Assembly: GCA_049325335.1 (NCBI GenBank)
Contig: JBMOMC010000001.1
Location: 596,193 to 660,192 of the forward strand
DNA length: 64,000 nt
Reading direction: 5' to 3'
Source: Nitrospirota bacterium
Lineage (GTDB): Bacteria > Nitrospirota > Nitrospiria > 2-01-FULL-66-17
The stretch's first letter is position 1; each line of letters begins with the position of its first letter. The translations under genes were made by a program, and so were the position numbers. The notes under the pieces were generated by a model. It did no database searches. It worked only from the letters and a program-made list of their open reading frames with translations, and had not been told where the DNA came from. Shown piece after piece: positions 45,072-54,269 of this stretch.

Positions 45072-45846
45072 GGGACGCTCCGCGTTCTTCGCGCAGGACC
45101 AGGCAGACGGTCCCTGCGGCTGCGCAGGGCAGGGCGATCAGATTGACCACCGGAACGGCCAGCGCGACCAGAACGCCGGCCCCGAGCCCGGATACCATGG
45201 CGATGCGCGATCGCACGACCCCGATGATCTCCCAGCTTCCCGCGCCCCTGGCCGCGGCCGCAGCCGTAACGAACCCGGCCCCTAAGACCGGACACGCCAG
45301 GGCCAACGTGGCGGGAGGGCCGACCACGGGAACATAGGCCAGGGCGGCGCATCCGATGCCGCCGACCAGCATCCACGCGAACGCGGCGATGCGGGGGCCG
45401 ATGCGCTCGGACCGATCCGCCGCGCCCCCCCGACGATTGACCACCGCGTCAACGATCTCCCGCACGGAGACCACCGATAGATAGCTAATTTGCGCGCCCC
45501 ATGCGGCCACGGCCGCAGCCACCCCGATCGGTAACTGCGACCAGGCCCACTCGACCGCCACGAGGTACCACGGCAGGAGGAGCGCCGTTGCCGTGGGAAG
45601 GTATCCGTCGATCGCGGGCGTCGTGCGCGCCATGAGCCAAACGCAGAGCGCCGCGACCAGGAAGTGCCCGGCGTGGCGCGGGATAAGGGTCCGGTGGGTG
45701 CCCCAAAACTCCACCCCTTCGATGACCGCCCCTCCGCCGCGAAGCGCGGCGTAAAGCCCGTGGTTCACCGCCCGCAGCACCGGAATTACCGACGGCGCGT
45801 GACCGCGGTTTGGCGGCACCAACGGGCGATCGAGCACCGGCCGCAA
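45025..45846 (-). CDS. membrane protein, EI24/CysZ-like (start uncertain)
   Basis: Hydrophobic ORF with YVPVVG and AVPVVNLIALP.A.AG patterns; co-oriented downstream of nth. Confidence 0.5.
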   Translation of the reverse strand: MRPVLDRPLVPPNRGHAPSVIPVLRAVNHGLYAALRGGGAVIEGVEFWGTHRTLIPRHAGHFLVAALCVWLMARTTPAIDGYLPTATALLLPWYLVAVEWAWSQLPIGVAAAVAAWGAQISYLSVVSVREIVDAVVNRRGGAADRSERIGPRIAAFAWMLVGGIGCAALAYVPVVGPPATLALACPVLGAGFVTAAAAARGAGSWEIIGVVRSRIAMVSGLGAGVLVALAVPVVNLIALPCAAAGTVCLVLREERGASLKTSAGTVPYVWPGR

Positions 45847-46442
45847 AACGGGGAGGTCGGCGTACAGAGAAACTGTCCGTACGGCACCAGCAGGTCATTG
45901 AACTCGATCCAATACGACCGGGGCAGCTTACGTCGCAGCACCCGTTCCGTCTCGTCCGGAGATTTGGTGGCGACGTAGCCCCACCGATTGGTGATCCGGT
46001 GGACGTGAGTATCCACGCAGATGCCGGGTTTTCCGAACCCGATGGTGACGACCAGGTTCGCGGTCTTTCGTCCAACGCCGGGGAGAGACAACAATTCGTC
46101 GATCGTGTCGGGAACCGTCCCCTGAAACCGGGTGAGGAGTTGGGCGGACAAGGCGCGAAGACTCCGCGCTTTCGTGCGGTAAAACGCGACCGGATAAATG
46201 GCCCGTTCGATCGCGGTCGAGGAGAGCCGCGCCAACGCGTCCGGGGTCGTGGCCAGCGCGAACATCCGGGTTGACGCCGCCGCGGTGGTCGCGTCTTTGG
46301 TCCGCAGGCTCAACAGGCAGGAGACCAACACGCGGAATGGGTCGCGGGTCTCTTGGGCCACCACGCCGACCGCCGGGGTGGGCCATCCACGGACCACGCG
46401 GCGCAGCTCGGCGATCACCGAGTGGATCTGGCGATTGGTCAT
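45786..46442 (-). CDS. nth: endonuclease III
   Basis: HhH LPGVGRKTAN, VDTHVHRI, Fe-S motif C-x6-C-x2-C-x5-C. Confidence 0.95.
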   Translation of the reverse strand: MTNRQIHSVIAELRRVVRGWPTPAVGVVAQETRDPFRVLVSCLLSLRTKDATTAAASTRMFALATTPDALARLSSTAIERAIYPVAFYRTKARSLRALSAQLLTRFQGTVPDTIDELLSLPGVGRKTANLVVTIGFGKPGICVDTHVHRITNRWGYVATKSPDETERVLRRKLPRSYWIEFNDLLVPYGQFLCTPTSPFCGRCSIARWCRQTAVTRRR

Positions 46443-47320
46443 GACCCGGGTGCGCGGACGCGTCGCGCACCCGGTCGGTTCTTGGCCGGTGGACGACCAA
46501 CCGGAGCCTGGTCGAGGGGTGATTGGGCGAGCGCGGCGTACAGATCCGGTCTGCGATCCGCGAACAGGTGGTTATAGCGGTTCAGGGTTTTTCTTCGGGC
46601 GTCTTTGGGGTCGATCGTGACGACGCGCACCTCTTCTTGATCGGTGGATGCGCGGACCAATGCTTCGCCCTGGGGGCTGGTGACCTGGCTGGTCCCGATA
46701 AACGTGAGGCGCTCTCGTCCGCCGCGCTCCTCAAACCCCACGCGATCCGCCGTGATCGCGAAGACGCGATTTTCCAAGCACCGCGTCTTCATCGCGTTGG
46801 GCGCGTGTGGGAGCACCAGGTTGGACGGATGGCAGATCACGTCCGCGCCGGCCAACGCCAGCAACCGCATCGACTCCGGGAAAAACCAATCGAAACAGAT
46901 CATCACGCCGATCACGGCCCCACCCGCGTGGAACACCCTGAACCCGGTGTTGCCCGGAGTAAACCACAAGGTTTCTTCGTAAAATAGGTGGCTCTTTCGG
47001 TACAATCCGATCAGCCCGGTCGGGCCGACCACGACCGCGGAATTAAACAACGAACGGCCCTTACGTTCGGCGAGCCCCGCCACAATCGCGCACTTGCGCC
47101 GCTTGGCCAAGGCGATCAGTCGTTTGGTGGTGACGCCGTCGGGAACCGGCTCCGCGAGGCGCTCGGCTTCCCGTTGCGACGTGAATTGATACCCGACCGC
47201 GAAGAGCTCGGGAAGCACAAACAGGTCGGCCCGAGCCGAGGCGAGGAGATCGGCGACGCCATCGAGGTTGGCTTTCACGCGCCCGAAGATCGGAGCGGTT
47301 TGAATAAACCCGATATCCAC
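46439..47320 (-). CDS. nitrilase-related carbon-nitrogen hydrolase
   Basis: Catalytic triad motifs LPELF, YRKSHL, ICFDWFFPE; start set at GTG 47320. Confidence 0.92.
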   Translation of the reverse strand: MDIGFIQTAPIFGRVKANLDGVADLLASARADLFVLPELFAVGYQFTSQREAERLAEPVPDGVTTKRLIALAKRRKCAIVAGLAERKGRSLFNSAVVVGPTGLIGLYRKSHLFYEETLWFTPGNTGFRVFHAGGAVIGVMICFDWFFPESMRLLALAGADVICHPSNLVLPHAPNAMKTRCLENRVFAITADRVGFEERGGRERLTFIGTSQVTSPQGEALVRASTDQEEVRVVTIDPKDARRKTLNRYNHLFADRRPDLYAALAQSPLDQAPVGRPPAKNRPGARRVRAPGS

Positions 47321-47573
47321 GTCGTCCTCCGGGTGGTTGGTGCCGAACAATAACATAGCGGTGAGCCCGCGTACAATTGGCGAGCGTGGAAACGACATCC
47401 CGACGGCATGGGTCACCGCACATTGCTGGAACAGCCCACATAACAAATATTAATCAATAAAATCAACAACGTTGACAATATTTGGATGCTGATGTTACAA
47501 CACCTATATTCCATCCGTCACCAGACCGGGGTCAGTACCAGCCACGGTTTGGTAGGACGGCCTGAGGTGAGGG

Positions 47574-48029
47574 ATGCTCATTCAGATGCGTGTTCGGGGA
47601 CTCATGTTGGATCCTCCGAACACCTACGTGGTCATTCTCCGAGGCGAGGAGGGACAGGATGTGTTGCCGATCTGGATCGGGAAGGCGGAAGCCAACTCGA
47701 TCAGCTTGGCCCTAGAGCACGTGGAGATGCCGCGCCCGTTGACCCACGACTTGATCAAAAATGCGCTGGACGCACTTGAAGCAAAGGTGATCAGCGTGGT
47801 GATCTCGGACCTGAAGGACAACACGTACTACGCAAAACTCCATCTCTTGCATCATGACGCGGAGATTACCGTTGATACGCGGCCCAGCGACGCCATTGCG
47901 ATTGCCTTGAGAACAGACAGTCCGGTGTTCGTCTCCCGGGACGTGTTGGATCGGCAAATGGAGGACGAAGACATTGCCCGCTGGCTGGAAAATCTCCGAC
48001 CGGAAGATTTCGGGAAAGCCGATGCGTAG
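47574..48029 (+). CDS. bifunctional nuclease (DUF151) protein 1
   Basis: LPIWIG..EA, RPLTHDL, YYA, DTRPSDAIAIA, WLENLRPEDF. Confidence 0.93.
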   Translation: MLIQMRVRGLMLDPPNTYVVILRGEEGQDVLPIWIGKAEANSISLALEHVEMPRPLTHDLIKNALDALEAKVISVVISDLKDNTYYAKLHLLHHDAEITVDTRPSDAIAIALRTDSPVFVSRDVLDRQMEDEDIARWLENLRPEDFGKADA

Positions 48030-48675
48030 CGCGACGGTCCATCGGAAACGGGTGAGCGAGCCCGCGCGGGTCAGGCGCGTGGTCGCGGCGGACCCGATGC
48101 AGGTCTATTTGAGCGAGAACGTGTTTATGGGCATGGTCTTGTCCACGGTCGAAGTGTATAAGAACGAGTGTTTCGGGTTGCTGTTGGGGTATCGCTTAGC
48201 GGATCGCTACGTGGTCGAGCATGCCATCCCGTACCAGAGCGTCAGGCGAGGCCGAAACTTCGCGGAACTACGCAGCGACAAATGGCGGGTGATCCAGGAG
48301 GTCCTGAAATGTTTTCCGCGGCTTGACGTGCTAGGGGACTATCATTCCCATACCATGTACGGCAACGTGCGCGCGGACGTGTCCCTCAGTCGAGACGATA
48401 TCGACTACATGGAACCCAACGATCTGCAGGTGGTGATCGCGGTGAACGAAAACCGTCGGACCAGAGAATGGACCGTCAACACGGACCGGACCGTGTCGGG
48501 GTCGCTGGATCGGTACCATTTCAAAATCGCGGCCTACTACGACGCCAATCGGGTCGGGGGCCGCGCGATCTCACGCAAGGTGGCCAGCACCAGACTTCGC
48601 CGCCGTCCCACTCCCAGATTGGAACTTGCCGCGATTTTGTGCCCGTTCGCCATGGCGGCCGGTCGGGCTGTCTGA
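48022..48675 (+). CDS. JAB/MPN+ (Mov34) family metalloenzyme
   Basis: ECFGLLLG catalytic Glu motif and GDYHSH-x12-SRDD metal-binding motif; ATG overlaps the end of the upstream gene. Confidence 0.78.
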   Translation: MRSATVHRKRVSEPARVRRVVAADPMQVYLSENVFMGMVLSTVEVYKNECFGLLLGYRLADRYVVEHAIPYQSVRRGRNFAELRSDKWRVIQEVLKCFPRLDVLGDYHSHTMYGNVRADVSLSRDDIDYMEPNDLQVVIAVNENRRTREWTVNTDRTVSGSLDRYHFKIAAYYDANRVGGRAISRKVASTRLRRRPTPRLELAAILCPFAMAAGRAV

Positions 48676-48687
48676 GCAGGCGCATCC

Positions 48688-49137
48688 ATGGACGTCGCGG
48701 TGTCGGTCAAAGGCGTGATCCCTGATCCGACGACGGAGGCGCAAATCGTGGTGCTCGAAGAAGAGGGCGCCTCGCGGACGCTGACGATCTGGGTCGGGAT
48801 GGTTGAAGGCAACGCCATTCGCTCGGCGATCGAGCGCGTCTCCTCCGCGCGCCCGCTTACCCACGAACTGCTTCATCACGTGCTGACACGGTTACACGCC
48901 GAGGTCAAACGGGTGGTGGTGCGCGACGTGCGGGACAACACGTTCTACGCGTCGATCACCCTGGACGTGCGGGGGCGCGAGGTCGTCTTGGACGCGCGTC
49001 CCAGCGACGCCATTGCGCTGGCGTTACGCGCTGGCTCGCCGATCTATACCCGCCGCGATTTGCTAGCCGGCTCCGAATCCGACCGAGTCCAGGCCTGGCT
49101 GGAAGATCTCAAGCCAACCGACTTCGAAACCCCGTAG
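48688..49137 (+). CDS. bifunctional nuclease (DUF151) protein 2
   Basis: LTIWVG..EG, RPLTHEL, FYA, DARPSDAIALA, WLEDLKPTDF. Confidence 0.93.
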   Translation: MDVAVSVKGVIPDPTTEAQIVVLEEEGASRTLTIWVGMVEGNAIRSAIERVSSARPLTHELLHHVLTRLHAEVKRVVVRDVRDNTFYASITLDVRGREVVLDARPSDAIALALRAGSPIYTRRDLLAGSESDRVQAWLEDLKPTDFETP

Positions 49138-49194
49138 CGAATCGATCCGAGCGGACGCCGACCCTGGTGTTCCCGGGTCGGACGGGGGGCGTTG

Positions 49195-52100
49195 TTAGAT
49201 CGACAGTTCCGCGGTGGCGAATTCGACCTCAACGGCCGGTGAATCTTCGCGGTCCTTGTGCAGATTCACGGACACGATTTTCGACATCCCGGCCTCTTCC
49301 ATCGTCACCCCATACAGCACGTCGGCCTGTTCCATGGTGCGGCGGTTGTGGGTCACCACCAAGAATTGGGAGTGCGCGGTCATGGGGCGAAGCGCTCGGG
49401 TGAAGCGCCGAACGTTTTCTTCGTCGAGTGGGGCGTCGATCTCGTCCATCACGCAAAACGGACTGGGGTGGATGAGAAAACTCGCGAACAGCAGCGAGAT
49501 GGCGGTCAACGTCTTTTCACCGCCGGACAGCAGGGAGATATGGCGGAGTTTTTTCCCGGGGGGTTGCGCCACGATCTCGATCCCGGATTCCAACGGATCG
49601 CCCTCGTCCACCAAGCGCAGCGCGGCCTGTCCCCCTTCGAAAAACGACGCGAACACTTCGCCGAATCGCGCGTTCAGGGCCTGGAACGCTTCCAAGAACA
49701 AGGTCTTGGTGGTGGCGTTGATTTTCGCGATGGCCGCGCGAAGGTTGTCCACCGACTGAACCAAGTCATTTTCTTGCGCGGCTAAGAACCCGGATCGTTC
49801 GTGGAGTTCGCGATACTCGTCAATCGCCGCCAGATTCACTCCGCCGATTTGCGCCAAGGCGTCCTTGAGCTCGGCGATCGTCGTCTCCATCCGATCCGGT
49901 TCACACGTCGGAGCCGGCAGCGAGTCCTCGCCGACGGTTTCAAGGTCGACGTGGTAGCGATCTCGAATGTCCGAAACCTGCTGGCTGGCGCGCAGCGTGG
50001 TTTCGGTCAGCGACACCGTGAGCGCGTGAACCCGCTCTTGAGCGGCGTCCGCCTGGCGGCGCGCGGTCCGGGATTGATCGTCCAGCTCCCGGACGCGATG
50101 GGCGCCGTCTGCGCGAGTTTTGGCCAACTCGTCCACGTTCTGACGGAGGGAATCCACGTGGCGATCGAGCGACGCGATTTCCGCGACGAGCCGCGTCCGT
50201 TCCTCGGTGGCCGCGGCGATCCGGCCGTCAAACTGCGCGAGCGCGGCCTCTTTGGACGCGATCAGCCGCTGGTCTTCCTCGATTCGGTCGGCAATGGCCC
50301 GCAACGTGGCCGACGCGTGTTCGCGTTTTTCGCGATCCGCGGCCAATGCGAGGCGAAGTTCTCCGGCGGCGGTTTGTTCCCGCGCGAGCGCGGCCTTGAG
50401 ATTTGCGGCCGCTTCGTACTGACGGACGAGGCCGGCCTCGTCGCGACCCTTGGCCGCTTCGCCGCCGGCCCTCGCGGCCTCGTGCTGCTCAGCCTCCCGC
50501 GTCATGCCCTCCAGTTCATTGACCACGGCGGAGTCTTCCGTGGTCAACAACGCCAGCCGTCGGTCCAGTTGCACGAGTTCTTGGGCCGCAGCTTCTGCGG
50601 CCTTGCGGTCGTGGAGCAGGCGCAACTCGCCGTCGCGGACCTCGGCGTCCAGCGCGTCCAACGCGGAGCGGTCCGCATCCAGCGCCTCGCGAAGCGCGGC
50701 GGCCGCGGCCTCCAACGGGGCGAGCGCGGCTGCGGCCGCCGTGAGATCGTGTTCGATGGTCTTGATTTGGCGTTTGCGTTCCAGCAGATTGAGGCCCGTG
50801 TTCGACCCGGTTCCGCCGCTGACCATCCCGGAGGGATAAAACACGTCGCCTGAACGCGAGACCCACGTGAGGCCTCGCTGGTCCGTCTCCCACGATTGTC
50901 GGGCGGTCGCCCGATCGTGCACGATCACCACGTTCGAGAGCAAGGCGTCTCGGAGGGCTTCGAATCCGGGACGGCATCCTACGAATCGCGTAGCGGGTCC
51001 GCAGACCCCGTCACCCGCCGTCGCCGACTCGGCGACATCCTCGACGGCGGGACGGCTCCGGGGTGCCTTCGGAATGAACATGGCGCGTCCGGCCTGTTGT
51101 TCGTCCAACAACGAAAGGGCCGACACGATGTGGTCCGGCTGTTCAGCGACCACGCCCTGCAACCGGTCGGCCAACACGGCCTCCACCGCGCGCTCATAAT
51201 CGGCCGGGATATCCAAGATATCGGCCACCACGCCCACCAGTCCGCTCACGGGCGCGCCGCTGGGGTCGGCCAGCAGCACGCGCCGGACCCCTTCGTCGTA
51301 CCCGACGAGGTCGCGTTGTAACGCGTGGAGCGAATTCAACGTGGCGCGCAAGCGCATCAGCTCATCGCGTCGGCCGGTCAGGACCGCCTCTCCCTCGTGG
51401 AGGGCGGCCTGCCGTGAGGCCGAGACCCCCCGCAAGGCCGCGCGTTCAGCGTCCCGCGTCGCGAGCGACCGTGCGTGGAGCTGGTGGGAGGTCTCGAACT
51501 GCTGCTGCGCGTCGCGCTTGTGCGCGATCTCGGCCTGGACGGCCGCGATGTCCTCGCGGTATCGCGTCCGGCGTCGCTCCAGTTCCTCGCGGCGCGCCGC
51601 AAGGCTCGTCAACGCGTTGGCGGCGGTCGTGACTGCGGCTGCGGCCTCGAACACCCGATGGCGGGTGCGCTCAATCTCCGCCGCGGCTTGAGCCAGTTGG
51701 TGTTCCAGGTCCCGCACCGCGCCGTCGCGACCCGCGACCGAGTCGGTCCGTTCCGCGATCGCGGCGTCCAAGGCCGCGGCTTGCCCGGTGAGTAGGGTCT
51801 GTTCCTCGCCGCGCGAGGCGAGCAAGCGAGCGATCTCCTCGAGTTCGGCAACGAGCGTGGTTTGTTGCGCGCGCCATTCTTCGGCCTGCGCGGCTAAGAC
51901 GTCGATCCGGTGGTGCGCGTCGCGCGCGGCGATCTCGCGGGCCGTCAACTCGGTCCGCGCGTCCATTAGCCGCGCGTCCAGCTCCGCGACATCGGTTTTG
52001 AGCGCCTCGGTCGCCGCGTCCAGCGTGCTCACCTGCGCCAGGGCGCCCGCAGAGTCCGCGCGCGCGGCCGTCAACTCCACGGTGAGCGCCTCGGTCTGGG

Positions 52101-52827
52101 TCCGCCACTCCCGATACCGGGTGAGCGCGGCGCGCACCTCCAGCGTGCGCAATTGGTCGGCGGTCTGACGGTACCGCTCGGCCTTCCGGACCTGCCGGTC
52201 CAACGACGCGAGCTGGCGCTTGACCTCGCCGATGATATCGCGCACCCGCAACAGGTTTTGTTCGGTCGACTCCAGCTTGCGCAAGGCTTCGGCTTTGCGG
52301 ATTTTATATTTGGTGATGCCGGCGGTTTCTTCCACGAGCGAGCGCCGTTCAATCGGCGACGCGGTCACGATTTCGCCGACCTTGCCCTGCTCGAGGATGG
52401 TGTGGCCCTTGATCCCGGCCCCGGACTCGAGGAGCAGGTCTTTGATGTCCTTGAGCCGACAGGCCACGCGGTTGATCAGGTATTCGCTTTCCCCCGATCG
52501 GTACAATCTGCGTGAGATAGTCACCTCGCTGTAGGAACCGGCCACGCCCTCAATTTCGCCAGGCCGCACGCCGCCCAGCGTGAGCGAGACCTCAGCCAAT
52601 CCCGTGGCGGTCCGACGGCTGTTGCCGTTAAAGAGCACGTCTTCCATGCGGTCGCCGCGCAGGGTTTTGGGCGACTGTTCGCCCAGGCACCACAGGATAG
52701 CGTCGGCGATGTTGCTCTTGCCGCAACCATTGGGACCGACAATGGCGGTAATGCCTGGCTGGAACGTGAGAACGGTTCGTTCGCCGAAAGACTTGAACCC
52801 CGTGATTTCCAACCGTGTTAGTCGCAT
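49195..52827 (-). CDS. smc: chromosome segregation protein SMC
   Basis: GFKSF, GPNGCGKSN, long coiled coils with hinge, LSGGEK, MDEIDAPLD. Confidence 0.98.
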   Translation of the reverse strand: MRLTRLEITGFKSFGERTVLTFQPGITAIVGPNGCGKSNIADAILWCLGEQSPKTLRGDRMEDVLFNGNSRRTATGLAEVSLTLGGVRPGEIEGVAGSYSEVTISRRLYRSGESEYLINRVACRLKDIKDLLLESGAGIKGHTILEQGKVGEIVTASPIERRSLVEETAGITKYKIRKAEALRKLESTEQNLLRVRDIIGEVKRQLASLDRQVRKAERYRQTADQLRTLEVRAALTRYREWRTQTEALTVELTAARADSAGALAQVSTLDAATEALKTDVAELDARLMDARTELTAREIAARDAHHRIDVLAAQAEEWRAQQTTLVAELEEIARLLASRGEEQTLLTGQAAALDAAIAERTDSVAGRDGAVRDLEHQLAQAAAEIERTRHRVFEAAAAVTTAANALTSLAARREELERRRTRYREDIAAVQAEIAHKRDAQQQFETSHQLHARSLATRDAERAALRGVSASRQAALHEGEAVLTGRRDELMRLRATLNSLHALQRDLVGYDEGVRRVLLADPSGAPVSGLVGVVADILDIPADYERAVEAVLADRLQGVVAEQPDHIVSALSLLDEQQAGRAMFIPKAPRSRPAVEDVAESATAGDGVCGPATRFVGCRPGFEALRDALLSNVVIVHDRATARQSWETDQRGLTWVSRSGDVFYPSGMVSGGTGSNTGLNLLERKRQIKTIEHDLTAAAAALAPLEAAAAALREALDADRSALDALDAEVRDGELRLLHDRKAAEAAAQELVQLDRRLALLTTEDSAVVNELEGMTREAEQHEAARAGGEAAKGRDEAGLVRQYEAAANLKAALAREQTAAGELRLALAADREKREHASATLRAIADRIEEDQRLIASKEAALAQFDGRIAAATEERTRLVAEIASLDRHVDSLRQNVDELAKTRADGAHRVRELDDQSRTARRQADAAQERVHALTVSLTETTLRASQQVSDIRDRYHVDLETVGEDSLPAPTCEPDRMETTIAELKDALAQIGGVNLAAIDEYRELHERSGFLAAQENDLVQSVDNLRAAIAKINATTKTLFLEAFQALNARFGEVFASFFEGGQAALRLVDEGDPLESGIEIVAQPPGKKLRHISLLSGGEKTLTAISLLFASFLIHPSPFCVMDEIDAPLDEENVRRFTRALRPMTAHSQFLVVTHNRRTMEQADVLYGVTMEEAGMSKIVSVNLHKDREDSPAVEVEFATAELSI

Positions 52828-53031
52828 CGCGACTCCTTGGAGAGTAAGTCAGGTTACGACGAACCGCGCGATCTATACCACACGATTTAGCGCAATGTAA
52901 AGCATAAAAATGACAATTTATGGAGGACTTGTGCCGGTTTTAGGCCTCGCCAGCCCGGCGTACCGGTGCAAAGGGTTTCTCCCGGGTGCGGCGGGGGGTG
53001 CTCGGCGCCGTGAATCTGCTATAGTACCGGC

Positions 53032-53349
53032 ATGTCGCATTCGGACCCCCCCGCGACCGAATCCAACCGGCTTATTGTCACCTGCCCTTGCTGCCGCGCC
53101 GAGATGACGATCGACGCGGCGACCGGCTCCGTGATCTGGCACCACCCGGAGCCTGCACCGCCGCAACCCTCGCTCAGCGACATGGTGAAAGCACTCGACG
53201 TGAAGCGGCAAGAAGTGGCGGATCGCTTCGAACGCGAACGACGAGCGCTAGGCGACCGCAGCCGCGTGCTTGAAGAAAAAGTGAAAGAGTCGCTCAAACG
53301 CGTTGATCCTAACGCGCCGCCGCCAATCCGACCAATTGATCTGGATTAA
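53032..53349 (+). CDS. small hypothetical protein with CPCC zinc-knuckle-like motif and coiled coil
   Basis: VTCPCC...IDAATG, charged helix, C-terminal PIRPIDLD. Confidence 0.7.
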   Translation: MSHSDPPATESNRLIVTCPCCRAEMTIDAATGSVIWHHPEPAPPQPSLSDMVKALDVKRQEVADRFERERRALGDRSRVLEEKVKESLKRVDPNAPPPIRPIDLD

Positions 53350-53362
53350 ATTAAAGAGGACG

Positions 53363-53432
53363 GGGTTCAACTGGTTCAAGCGTTCAACGGGTCGATGTGA
53401 ACCCGGTGAACATCGGTGAGCCGCGTTGAACC
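53363..53432. repeat. inverted array of ~9-nt GTTCAA / TGAAC repeats
   Basis: GGGTTCAAC-TGGTTCAAG-CGTTCAAC followed by GTGAACCCG-GTGAACATC-GGTGAGCCG-CGTTGAACC. Confidence 0.55.
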
Positions 53433-53483
53433 GCCTTGCATTCCAGGTCGCGTGTGTTATCTTTCCAAGGCTTGGAGCACGGC

Positions 53484-54260
53484 ATGCTTCCCGAGTGGGA
53501 AATCATCACCGCCATCGGGGTCTTCGGCGCCCTGATCGGGAGTTTTCTGAACGTCTGCATCCACCGGTTGCCGCGAGGCGAGTCGCTGGCGCGGCCGAGC
53601 TCGCGGTGCCCGGGTTGCCTGACCCCGGTTCGTCCCTACGATAATATCCCGATCGTGTCATACTTTCTCCTCGGAGGGCGCTGCCGGTCGTGCCGGAATC
53701 CCATTTCGATTCGGTATCCCGCGGTCGAGGCGCTCAACGCGGCGGGGTATATCCTCGTCTGGCATCGGTTCGGCCCCACGCCCGACGCGTTGGTGTTCGC
53801 CGCGTTTTATTCCTCGCTGTTGGTGGTGACCTTTATCGATTGGGACCACCAAATCATTCCGAACCGGATCACGTTGCCCGGCATCGTGATCGGGTTGGTC
53901 TCGGCCGCCACCGTGCTGGCAGGAAGCTTCGTGGATGCGCTGGTGGGGGCGGTCCTCGGGGGCGGGCTGTTGTATGCGGTGGCGGTGGGCAGCGAATGGA
54001 TCCTCAAGAAAGAGGGCATGGGGTTCGGCGACGTGAAACTGCTGGCCATGATCGGCGCGTTTTTGGGGTGGCGGGCGGTGTTGGTCACGATCTTCGTGGG
54101 CGCGCTTGCCGGGTCCGTCATCGGGCTCGCGCTCATGGGGCTGCGCATCAAAGCGCGCGGCGAGCCGATCCCCTTCGGTCCCTTCCTCGCATTGGGGGCG
54201 TGCGCGGCGTTGTTCGCGGGGCCCGAGCTGATCGCCTGGTATCTCCGGTTGGGCGCGTAG
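53484..54260 (+). CDS. pilD: prepilin peptidase
   Basis: GSFLNVCIHRLP, CPGC/CRSC, FIDWDH, GMGFGDVKL, IPFGPFLA. Confidence 0.96.
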   Translation: MLPEWEIITAIGVFGALIGSFLNVCIHRLPRGESLARPSSRCPGCLTPVRPYDNIPIVSYFLLGGRCRSCRNPISIRYPAVEALNAAGYILVWHRFGPTPDALVFAAFYSSLLVVTFIDWDHQIIPNRITLPGIVIGLVSAATVLAGSFVDALVGAVLGGGLLYAVAVGSEWILKKEGMGFGDVKLLAMIGAFLGWRAVLVTIFVGALAGSVIGLALMGLRIKARGEPIPFGPFLALGACAALFAGPELIAWYLRLGA

Positions 54261-54269
54261 ACCCGCCGC

